Assembly: GCA_902523455.1 (NCBI GenBank)
Contig: CABYZG010000006.1
Span: 344-64,343, forward strand
Reading direction: 5' to 3'
DNA length: 64,000 nucleotides
DNA from: an uncultured Pelagibacteraceae bacterium
GTDB taxonomy: Bacteria; Pseudomonadota; Alphaproteobacteria; Pelagibacterales; AG-422-B15
Shown here: positions 1 to 8,354 of the stretch, one piece after another
Layout of the letters: each line of letters starts with the position of its first letter
Position numbering within the stretch: the first letter of the stretch is position 1
Translations under genes and position numbers: made by a program
Notes under the pieces: model-generated
Database searches by the model: none
The model's input: the letters and a program-made list of their open reading frames with translations, nothing else
Told to the model about the DNA's origin: nothing

Positions 1-1
1 A

Positions 2-2806
2 TCTGGAACGGTTGGGGGTGACACAACTGGTACTCACGGTACACTTTCAATGAATGCAGATGGTACTTATTCTTATGCGGCAACTAACGATGCTCTTGAT
101 CCAAATGAACAAGTTGATGATGTTTTCACTTACACGGTAAAGGATGATGATAATAAAAACTCAAGTACTGCGACATTAACAATAACAGTAACTGGAGCAA
201 ATGACCCAATTACTGCGAATAATGATACGGATGCTGTAAATGCAGGATCTACAATTACTCGAAGTGAAAGTGATACACAAGAACTTGATCACAACGATAC
301 TGACCCTGATGGTGATGATGTATCAGGTAGCTTTACTATTACCAATATCAGACATGGTTCTGATGATTATAACCCTGGTCAAGAAATTACGACATCAAAA
401 GGTAGATTAACAGTCAATGCAAATGGTTCTTATACTTATGTAGCTGATCAAAACGGTTCAACAAGTCTAGGAAACGGTGTCGAAGCAGATGATGTCTTTA
501 CTTATACAGTAAGAGATCACAGTGGAGGAGATACAGACACTGCAACACTTACAATTACAATTACTGGTTCAAATAATACTCCTCCCGTTGCAGACAATGA
601 TGGTAACGCTGGAACGGGATACATTTTAGAAGATCAAACATTGACAGTTACGAATGGTTCTACTGGAGTTACCGGTCTCGACAGTAATAACAATAACGAA
701 AGTGGTGATAATACCGGGGATGTTCTAAATAACGATACCGATGCTAACGGTGATACACTTACTGTTTCAGCTATCTCAGGAGGATCAGTTGGAGCTGGAG
801 GTGCAACAGGAACATACGGAACATTAACCATTCAAAGTGATGGAAGCTATACCTACAATGCCAACAATGCAGACTCGATAGCAAAAGATACTACTGCAAC
901 TGATGTTTTCACATATACAGTCAGTGATGGCAATGGTGGCACAGATACTGCCACAATAACCATTACCATTTTAGGTGTGAATGATGCTCCAAGCGCAAGC
1001 AATGATACCAATGCTGTTGATGAAGATGCCACAGCAACAAAAACTGCTGGTACGGGAGTACTTTCAAATGATAGTGATGCTGATACAGGTTCAAGCATGA
1101 CGGTGACTGGAATTACTGGCGCATCAACAGGCTCAGTTGGTGGATCAACAGATGGAACTTATGGTACTCTGACCCTTAATTCTGATGGTAGTTATTCTTA
1201 TACTGCTGACAAAGCAGCCGCAGACCAATTGGCGCACAACGCTACGGCAAATGACGTATTTACTTACACAGTCACAGATAACGAGAACGCTACTGCCACT
1301 GCAACTTTGACTATTGTGGTAACCGGTAAGGGACCTGTTGGTTCAGCTGACACTGCTTCAGTCAATGAGAATGTTTTACTTGAAAAGAATGAAGCAGATG
1401 GCGTATTAACAAACGACTCAGGTGGAGATACTGAGAATTTGATTGTAACTAATATTTCATCTAATGACACCAGCAATACTGGCACTGCTGGTCAAGGTGT
1501 ATTAGGAACTTATGGTACTTTAACTATTAACGCTAATGGAAGCTATTCGTATACACCGGATACAGCCGCCGCAGAAGCTTTGGATAAAGATGATGTTGTT
1601 ACTGAGGTCTTTACCTATACGGTAAAAGATGACAATGGTGTTAATTCAAGTACTGCAACTCTTACATTTACAATAACTGGAGTAAATGATGCAATTGTAG
1701 CAGTTGATGATACAGATAGTGTCGATGAGGACGGTACAGTTACAAGATTAATCAGTGACGATCAAGAACTGGATCATGATGATACCGATGTTGATACAGA
1801 TGATGTAAGCGGAAGTCTTACAATTACAGACATAAGAACTGGTCCAAAAGATGGAACTGGAACTGATGGGACAGTAGGCGTGGCGCTAACTGGTGAATTT
1901 GGAACACTTACAGTTAATGCAGACGGTTCATATACCTATGTTGCTGATCAAGATAAATCAGATCAACTTACTACAGGTCAAACAGGCACAGATACATTCA
2001 CCTATACAGTTAGTGATGGAAATGACACTTCCACTGCTGAACTTTCATTTACTGTTACAGGTATCAATGATAACGATCCGGTTGCGGTAGACGACACTGA
2101 TACTGTAAATAGAGATGCAACTATAGATAGAACAAATGGGTCTGCATTTGATTTAGCTATTGATGATACAGATGCTGACAACGATACATTAACAATCACA
2201 GAAATTAGAAAAGGCAATAACAAAGGTGGGGGTGATGCTGGAACCATAGGACAACCACTGGTTGGTGAATATGGTACATTAACGTTACAAGCTGACGGCA
2301 GTTATAAATATGTTGCTGATCAAGACTCGATCAATAACCTTGGTCGTGGACAAAGTGTAATTGAGCATTTTAATTATACCGTATCTGACGGCTCAAGAAC
2401 TTCAACAGGACTGCTTTCAATAACTGTAAATGGCATTAGTGATCCACCTGTTCCAGTGGATGACACACTAGATATTGACGCTGGTGCGCAAACAGAAAAA
2501 GGGGCAAATCAAGGGGTATTGATAAATGATACTGACCCTGATGGAGATACTCTATCAGTAGACAGCATTAGAACTGGTCAAGAAAATAAAACGGGTACAT
2601 CAGGTACCATTGGTACAGCCTTACCTGGAACATATGGTGATTTAACGATGAATTCTGACGGCAGTTACATCTATCAAGCAAACAATGCAAAAGCACTAAA
2701 TCCAGGTGAAACTGCTACAGAATACTTTACTTATACTGCAACTGACGGCGAGTCCTCAGTTGAAGCTCAAATTGCAATTACTGTAACAGGTAAAAACGAT
2801 CCGCCT
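2..2806 (+). repeat. Tandem coding repeat array (VCBS-type units, period about 120-130 codons), with a higher-order similarity between units 1 and 5 at an offset of 1485 nt
   Basis: Unit signatures sit at regular spacing. QELDHNDTDPDGDDVSGSFTITNIRHG (from nt 278) and QELDHDDTDVDTDDVSGSLTITDIRTG (from nt 1763) are near-copies exactly 495 codons apart. Confidence 0.8.
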
Positions 2807-4180
2807 GAAGTCTTATATCCTGTTCGAGATCCAAATACCACTACTGGTACGCCATTCATAATCAGGCACAAACAGATCTTTGATGATCCAGACACAGGTA
2901 TTTATGATATAGCAGAATATAAAATTATTGACCCTGAAGATGGAACAGAGATAAGTCTTCCTGATGGATTAAGATTAAAGCAAAATAAAATTCATGGATC
3001 TATTAGCACACCTGGAACTTATTCAATCACAATTAGAGCAATTGATGGTGAAGGACTTTATGCTGATCATACGTTCACAATTACAGTAAATCCTAAACCA
3101 GGAGAAATGGTTGAAAAAGAGACATCTGATGAAGAACCAACGCCTCCATCCAAACCAATTGTAATTAAACCAAAAAAAGATTATTTAGCAGCTGTTCAAG
3201 AGACCATTACTGAGGCGCCAGTAATCAGCGATGATGGCTTTACTCTTGATACGATTTCAATTGCTGATACTGCTTCTCTTTCAAAACCGCTAAAATTTAA
3301 CGGTGGTTTGAGATTAATGGATGCTGTTGCAAACGAAGTTTCAGGCGATACAGAATCTGATCTAAAAGTTGGAGTTAAACTAAATGATGATAATCAGAAA
3401 AATGTAGAGTTGTATTCAGGTCAGCTCTCTAACGGTGAAGCTTTACCTGAATGGATTAGTGTCAATCCTGAAACTGGAGAAACAACAGCTGATATACCAG
3501 AAGGTGTTGAAGCGATTGAGGTTCAGTTGGTAGCGCTTGATAAGGACGGAAACACGAGAGATATTAATATTGTTTTAGATAAAGCTAAAATTAAGGGCGA
3601 CCAAGATTTCACGAGGGGAGCCGTTGATCAGGCAAGGGTAGTTGTTGATAATGATTCAAATGTAAACCTGATTAGAGAGAACAACAATGCATCTAGTAAT
3701 ACAGCAAATAATAATTTGAATGCTCAAACAGATTTTGAAGGCACCATGAAGCTAAGCAGTCTTCAAATGGATGCGGGCCAATACACAATAGACGTAATAG
3801 ATGATAACCAGTCAAATGTGAAAATGTATAAAGCTGAGTTAAAGGGCGGCGGCGAACTTCCTGATTGGATAACAATTGATCCAGAAACTGGAAAAATTGC
3901 TGCTGATCCTTCAAAAGGAAGAACAGGTTTAGCAGCTCCAGCTTTCTTAACCGAAAGCCTCCAAGTTCTCGAACTAAAAATTATTGCTGAAGACGAAGAT
4001 GGTAAAGAAAGAATTATTGAAGTTGAGATAGATCTCAATGAAATAACAGAAACTGAGTCAGATGTTGAAAATTCAGAGACAAATGATGAAGTTTCCTTCA
4101 TCCCACTTGATGAACAATTAAAGCTACACGCTAAAGTAGCAGATAGCTATGGCGAAAAGATTGTATCTCTAGTAAGTTAA
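2..4180 (+). CDS. Giant repetitive surface/adhesin-like protein, C-terminal part only (the 5' end lies upstream of the window). Contains 8 tandem VCBS/cadherin-like units, one Ig-like (dystroglycan/He_PIG-type) domain, two C-terminal cadherin-like repeats and an acidic tail
   Basis: The frame stays open back to nt 2. SGTVGGDTTGTHGTLSMNADGTYSY there matches the internal GTYGTLT.N.DGSY.Y repeat, so the M at nt 50 is not the start. The motif D.FTYTV.D..G...TA.LTITVTG.ND recurs 8 times, with NDTD.DGD calcium-site-like motifs. Twin repeats LPEWISVNPETGE and LPDWITIDPETGK are present. No GGxGxD RTX nonapeptides were seen. Confidence 0.85.
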   Translation, partial: SGTVGGDTTGTHGTLSMNADGTYSYAATNDALDPNEQVDDVFTYTVKDDDNKNSSTATLTITVTGANDPITANNDTDAVNAGSTITRSESDTQELDHNDTDPDGDDVSGSFTITNIRHGSDDYNPGQEITTSKGRLTVNANGSYTYVADQNGSTSLGNGVEADDVFTYTVRDHSGGDTDTATLTITITGSNNTPPVADNDGNAGTGYILEDQTLTVTNGSTGVTGLDSNNNNESGDNTGDVLNNDTDANGDTLTVSAISGGSVGAGGATGTYGTLTIQSDGSYTYNANNADSIAKDTTATDVFTYTVSDGNGGTDTATITITILGVNDAPSASNDTNAVDEDATATKTAGTGVLSNDSDADTGSSMTVTGITGASTGSVGGSTDGTYGTLTLNSDGSYSYTADKAAADQLAHNATANDVFTYTVTDNENATATATLTIVVTGKGPVGSADTASVNENVLLEKNEADGVLTNDSGGDTENLIVTNISSNDTSNTGTAGQGVLGTYGTLTINANGSYSYTPDTAAAEALDKDDVVTEVFTYTVKDDNGVNSSTATLTFTITGVNDAIVAVDDTDSVDEDGTVTRLISDDQELDHDDTDVDTDDVSGSLTITDIRTGPKDGTGTDGTVGVALTGEFGTLTVNADGSYTYVADQDKSDQLTTGQTGTDTFTYTVSDGNDTSTAELSFTVTGINDNDPVAVDDTDTVNRDATIDRTNGSAFDLAIDDTDADNDTLTITEIRKGNNKGGGDAGTIGQPLVGEYGTLTLQADGSYKYVADQDSINNLGRGQSVIEHFNYTVSDGSRTSTGLLSITVNGISDPPVPVDDTLDIDAGAQTEKGANQGVLINDTDPDGDTLSVDSIRTGQENKTGTSGTIGTALPGTYGDLTMNSDGSYIYQANNAKALNPGETATEYFTYTATDGESSVEAQIAITVTGKNDPPEVLYPVRDPNTTTGTPFIIRHKQIFDDPDTGIYDIAEYKIIDPEDGTEISLPDGLRLKQNKIHGSISTPGTYSITIRAIDGEGLYADHTFTITVNPKPGEMVEKETSDEEPTPPSKPIVIKPKKDYLAAVQETITEAPVISDDGFTLDTISIADTASLSKPLKFNGGLRLMDAVANEVSGDTESDLKVGVKLNDDNQKNVELYSGQLSNGEALPEWISVNPETGETTADIPEGVEAIEVQLVALDKDGNTRDINIVLDKAKIKGDQDFTRGAVDQARVVVDNDSNVNLIRENNNASSNTANNNLNAQTDFEGTMKLSSLQMDAGQYTIDVIDDNQSNVKMYKAELKGGGELPDWITIDPETGKIAADPSKGRTGLAAPAFLTESLQVLELKIIAEDEDGKERIIEVEIDLNEITETESDVENSETNDEVSFIPLDEQLKLHAKVADSYGEKIVSLVS

Positions 4181-4191
4181 TAAATACCTTT

Positions 4192-4911
4192 ATGAACAAA
4201 TTTGTAACATTTGCGGTAACAGCATGCTGTATATTATTGCCTTATATTTTGTCAGCAGAAGAATATTCTACACGTGTTTTAGTAACTGCAACCGAAGAGG
4301 CAACACTCTCAAGTGAACTTGCTGCAAAAGTTGAGTCAATTCCAATTGATGAAGGATCTAAATTTAAAGAGTCTGATATTTTAATTAAGTTTGATTGTTC
4401 ATTCTTTGAAGAACAAAGAAAAGTTGTTGAAGCACAATTAGAGAGCGCAAGAGTAACTCTAAAGAGCAATCAAGACCTTGCCTTGATGAGATCCATTGGT
4501 GAATATGAGGTTCATTTATCAGAAATCGATGTAAAGCGTGCAGAAGCTGAATTACAGATTGCTAAACTCAATACAGATCGATGCATAATTAAAGCCCCTT
4601 ACGATGGTAAAGTATCTAAAGTTTTTGTTAATGAGTTTGAGAGCATTGAAAGGCAGCAGCCATTGGTCGAAATCATTGGTTCTGGTATTCTTGAGGCCAA
4701 ATTGATTGTTTCAAGCAAATGGCTTGCTTGGATTGATGAGGGTTATCCAATGAAAATCAGCATTGATGAAAATGGACAAACATATAGCGCCAAAATTCAT
4801 ACTATCGGCGTTGATATTGATCCTGTTAGCCAAACCATCGACATTACTGCAAAATTTGATGAAAATTATGATACATTACTGCCAGGCATGAGTGGGACAG
4901 CAACGTTTTGA
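4192..4911 (+). CDS. Small secreted HlyD-family membrane-fusion (periplasmic adaptor) protein
   Basis: N-terminal signal peptide MNKFVTFAVTACCILLPYILSAEE. Split lipoyl-like halves (ATLSSELAAKVESIPIDEGSKF... and IIKAPYDGKVSKVFV) flank a short helical hairpin, followed by a beta-barrel-like C-terminus. It starts 11 nt after the adhesin stop. Confidence 0.6.
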   Translation: MNKFVTFAVTACCILLPYILSAEEYSTRVLVTATEEATLSSELAAKVESIPIDEGSKFKESDILIKFDCSFFEEQRKVVEAQLESARVTLKSNQDLALMRSIGEYEVHLSEIDVKRAEAELQIAKLNTDRCIIKAPYDGKVSKVFVNEFESIERQQPLVEIIGSGILEAKLIVSSKWLAWIDEGYPMKISIDENGQTYSAKIHTIGVDIDPVSQTIDITAKFDENYDTLLPGMSGTATF

Positions 4912-6245
4912 ATGATAATACTTCAATAAAAATAGCAAGATTAATTACTCTTGAGAAAAAATTTCGGACTGCAGAAAACTTATCCGAGCTAGGATTCGTT
5001 TGTGCAAATGAGTTAAGAAGTGTTGTTGATTATAATTTTTTATTTTTTCTTAATAAATCTGCAACAGGTCGACAGAAAGTCCAAACTATCTCTGATATTT
5101 CAGTCGTTGATAGAACAGCACCGACAGTTACTTTTGTTGAAAGATTAATAAATAAAAAGAAGGTTGAAACGGGAGTCTTTTCAGAAGTTTCAATTAGTGA
5201 TTTAAGAGAAGATGGTTCAAATTTAGACTTACCTGAAAATTTTCCAAATGAGTTAATGGTTGTTCCATTAATTTCAAGAACAAAGGGCGACTTAGGCTCT
5301 TTGGTCATTGTACGATCTGCTAAAGTTTCAAATTCAGAAAAAGAACTGTTGCAGCATATTGCTGAAACATTCAGCCATGCATTGGATTCATTTTTATCAA
5401 GAGGATCGGTAATACCATTTATTGGTAGAATTTTTTCAGGTTGGTTAAAGTGGTTAATATTATCAGCAATTGCACTTGCAATGTTTATGCCAATTAACAT
5501 ATCCGCAGTAGCTCCAGTCGAGGTTATCGCTAAAAATCCGTCAGTTGTTACATCGCCAGTAAACGGTGTAGTGAAAAAAGTATTAGTTAACACAAATGAT
5601 GCTGTTGATGTTGGTATGGAGCTTATAAAATTAGATGATCTCAATTTTAAATCTCAATATGAAATAAACTTACAGGAATTAGAAGTTGCTGAAGCAGAAT
5701 TACTTAGAGCCAAGCAATCCTCATTCACGAATGATGAGGCAAAAGCAAAGCTGGTTGAGCTATCAACTGAAGTTGCGTTGAAGAAAAAGCAAGTTGCTTA
5801 TGCCGAAGAACAATTAAAATATTCCGTTATTAAAGCAGAGGTTTCGGGAGTTGCAGTTGTTGAAGATTTTATTGATTGGCAAGGTCGTCCTGTAAATATA
5901 GGTGAAAAGATACTAACGATTGCCGACTCAAATGATATTGAGTTCTTAATTTACTTGCCAACAAAAGACTCACTATTTATTGAAAAATCAGCAAGAGTTA
6001 AAGTATTTTTGGACAGCAGCCCACTAAACTCAATTGAAGGTAAAATATTAAGAACTTCTTACAAACCTGAATTAACAGCTGAGAATATTTTAGCTTATAA
6101 AATTCATGCTAGCCTTGAGGATAATATTGATCCACCGCGTATTGGATTAAGAGGATCTGCAAAAATTTATGGAGATCGGACATCTCTTTTTTATTATATC
6201 TTCAGAGTTCCAATTAATATCAGTCGACAATTTTTGGGAATATAA
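4908..6245 (+). CDS. HlyD-family adaptor with an N-terminal cytoplasmic GAF-like domain and a single TM anchor
   Basis: The ATGA start/stop overlaps the previous gene. The N-terminal ~165 aa have a GAF-like pattern (ELMVVPLISRTKGDLGSLVIVRS...EKELLQHIAETFSHAL). The TM segment is WLKWLILSAIALAMFMPI. The adaptor part shows VTSPVNGVVKKVLV, a coiled coil, VIKAEVSGVAVV and a barrel. Confidence 0.65.
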   Translation: MNDNTSIKIARLITLEKKFRTAENLSELGFVCANELRSVVDYNFLFFLNKSATGRQKVQTISDISVVDRTAPTVTFVERLINKKKVETGVFSEVSISDLREDGSNLDLPENFPNELMVVPLISRTKGDLGSLVIVRSAKVSNSEKELLQHIAETFSHALDSFLSRGSVIPFIGRIFSGWLKWLILSAIALAMFMPINISAVAPVEVIAKNPSVVTSPVNGVVKKVLVNTNDAVDVGMELIKLDDLNFKSQYEINLQELEVAEAELLRAKQSSFTNDEAKAKLVELSTEVALKKKQVAYAEEQLKYSVIKAEVSGVAVVEDFIDWQGRPVNIGEKILTIADSNDIEFLIYLPTKDSLFIEKSARVKVFLDSSPLNSIEGKILRTSYKPELTAENILAYKIHASLEDNIDPPRIGLRGSAKIYGDRTSLFYYIFRVPINISRQFLGI

Positions 6246-8354
6246 ATGATTGTACCGTCTATTCGACAAGATTTAAAACTCAGTGAGGGACCCAAGAAAG
6301 AGGACGGTTCAGCGTCATGGCTTCTTTATGACTCCTTAAGAAATAAATACTTTTCGATAAATAAAAAAGCATTTGATCTTCTTAAAAATTGGTCAAGTGG
6401 AATTGAGACGACAGAATTTATTGAAAAAATAAAAAAAAGTAATCTGTCTATTACACAAGAAGAAATTGAAGAATTTATCAGTTTTCTGAATTTGAATAAT
6501 TTAACCATTAAAAAAACAGGTGATGAAGTTAAATCTTTAGTTGTTCAAAAAGAGAAACTTAACAAACACTGGCTGTTAAAAATTATTCATAATTATTTGT
6601 TCTTTAAAATTCCAATATTTAAACCAGGAAATGGTCTTGAAAACAGTTTACCTTTTGCATTGTTTCTCGGATCGCAAACCAGCAGACTTATAATTTATAT
6701 TCTGGGGATCATTGGTATTTTTTTAACAATCCAAAACTATGAAACATTTTTAACAACATTTTCTTATTTCTTTAATCTTAATGGATTGATTTTGTTTGGT
6801 GTAACGATTGTTTTTGTAAAAGCCTTGCACGAACTAGGGCATGCATATGTTGCCACTTATTATAAATGTAAAGTTTCTTCAATTGGTCTTGCAATGCTGG
6901 TTTTTTTCCCCTTCTTGTACACAGATACAACCGATGCTTATAAATTAACTGATCATCGAAAACGCTTACTGATTAATTTTGCTGGCATGCTGACTGAATT
7001 GCATCTTGCCCTTCTTGCTACATTTGTTTGGGCTGTAAGCCCTGAAGGCATTATCAAAAGTGCTTCATTTTTTATTGCAACTTCAAGCTGGATATCATCA
7101 CTTCTAATTAATATTAGCCCGTTTATGCGATTTGACGGTTACTATGTGCTCTCAGATTTTCTTAAAGCGGAAAATCTTCAACCGCGCTCTTTTGCTTTAG
7201 GTCGATGGCAGATTAGAGAATGGATCTTTGGATTTAAATTCCAACCACCGGAACAGCTCATGAGTCAAAGACGGTGGACTTTCATCATTTACGCTTGGAT
7301 GACATGGATATATCGCTTCTTCATATTTATTGGAATTGCCTTATTGGTTTATTATTTAACATTCAAAATTCTTGGCATAATTCTGTTCATTATTGAGATT
7401 GTTTGGTTCATTTTACTACCAATTTGGAGAGAAATTAAACAGTGGTGGGGACTTAGAAGGTACATGCGTTTTAATTGGACTTCTTTAAGATCAATTTTTA
7501 TTTTCTCAGTATTTTTGGCAGCAATGTTAGTGCCATGGCGAAGTTCACTCAGTCTTCCAGCGGTGATTGATCGAGGTGAAGTGGTTGATATCTATCCAAC
7601 AGAGGATTCTGAGATAAAAGAGATTTTTGTTATTTCAGATCAACAAGTCGAAAAGGGTGATTTATTAATTACTATGATGAGTCCTTCTTTATCAAATAAA
7701 GTTGATAAAGCAATTGAGCGCGTAAAGATGATACAGCAAAAACTAGATCGTCGAATTGGATCAGAGGCTGATATGAGTAATCTCATGGTGTTAGAAAACC
7801 AATTAAAAGTAGAATTTGAAATTCTTAAAAGTCTTAAAGAAGAAAATGAAAATCTATCAATTTATGCACCAATGAGTGGGGTGATAAAAGATCTTAAGTA
7901 CTTAAATAATGGACAGTGGGTGAATATAAAAGAAAAACTATTTTCTATTGTTCAATTCAATGACACTAAAGTTGTTGCATTTATAAGCGAGAATGATTTG
8001 GACAAACTTGAAGGTAATACAAGCGGCTATTTTGTTCCAAAAAATAATGAATTTGATGAAGCAGAAGTTGTCTTGGTTTCACAAAATAATACATCAACAG
8101 AAGAACTTCCCTACTTATCACTAGTATCCACTTTTGGTGGATCAATTGCATCACGTGAAGTTAAGGGAGATGGAAAAGTTGTTTATCGACCAGAAGAAGC
8201 TTTGTACCAGCTTAATTTTTCTACTAGTACAGAAGTTGAGACTGTTCAATGGCAAACAGCAGGTAAAGTAAAAATTCAGACTGAAAACTATAATATTTTT
8301 CAAAATTTATTTAATTTGATTTCTTCAACGTTAATCAGAGAAAGTGGATTTTAG
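6246..8354 (+). CDS. Fusion protein: PqqD/RRE-like N-terminus, polytopic M50 (site-2-protease family) zinc metalloprotease core and a C-terminal HlyD-like adaptor region
   Basis: HELGH at 6828-6842 and NISPFMRFDG (the M50 NxxPxxxxDG motif) at 7110-7139 lie among multiple hydrophobic segments. The C-terminal part shows IYPTEDSEIKEIFV, a coiled coil and IYAPMSGVIKDL, which is an adaptor lipoyl/hairpin layout. The start abuts the previous stop with a 0-nt gap. Confidence 0.75.
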   Translation: MIVPSIRQDLKLSEGPKKEDGSASWLLYDSLRNKYFSINKKAFDLLKNWSSGIETTEFIEKIKKSNLSITQEEIEEFISFLNLNNLTIKKTGDEVKSLVVQKEKLNKHWLLKIIHNYLFFKIPIFKPGNGLENSLPFALFLGSQTSRLIIYILGIIGIFLTIQNYETFLTTFSYFFNLNGLILFGVTIVFVKALHELGHAYVATYYKCKVSSIGLAMLVFFPFLYTDTTDAYKLTDHRKRLLINFAGMLTELHLALLATFVWAVSPEGIIKSASFFIATSSWISSLLINISPFMRFDGYYVLSDFLKAENLQPRSFALGRWQIREWIFGFKFQPPEQLMSQRRWTFIIYAWMTWIYRFFIFIGIALLVYYLTFKILGIILFIIEIVWFILLPIWREIKQWWGLRRYMRFNWTSLRSIFIFSVFLAAMLVPWRSSLSLPAVIDRGEVVDIYPTEDSEIKEIFVISDQQVEKGDLLITMMSPSLSNKVDKAIERVKMIQQKLDRRIGSEADMSNLMVLENQLKVEFEILKSLKEENENLSIYAPMSGVIKDLKYLNNGQWVNIKEKLFSIVQFNDTKVVAFISENDLDKLEGNTSGYFVPKNNEFDEAEVVLVSQNNTSTEELPYLSLVSTFGGSIASREVKGDGKVVYRPEEALYQLNFSTSTEVETVQWQTAGKVKIQTENYNIFQNLFNLISSTLIRESGF

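Noticed and set aside
634-4101. ORF-track entries on the minus strand and in alternate frames inside the adhesin gene (634-831, 853-1098, 1264-1485, 1893-2090, 2002-2247, 3693-3914, 3763-4101)
   Set aside because: They lie wholly inside a long ORF with strong repeat and motif support. Their translations are low-complexity (S/V/T/A/L-rich) mirror images of the T/D/G-rich repeats, and none has an independent start context.
2807-4180. Looked for RTX nonapeptide (GGxGxDxUx) repeats and a classical T1SS C-terminal block in the adhesin tail
   Set aside because: None was seen in the translated sequence, so I did not call the protein an RTX protein. T1SS dependence remains only a family-level expectation.
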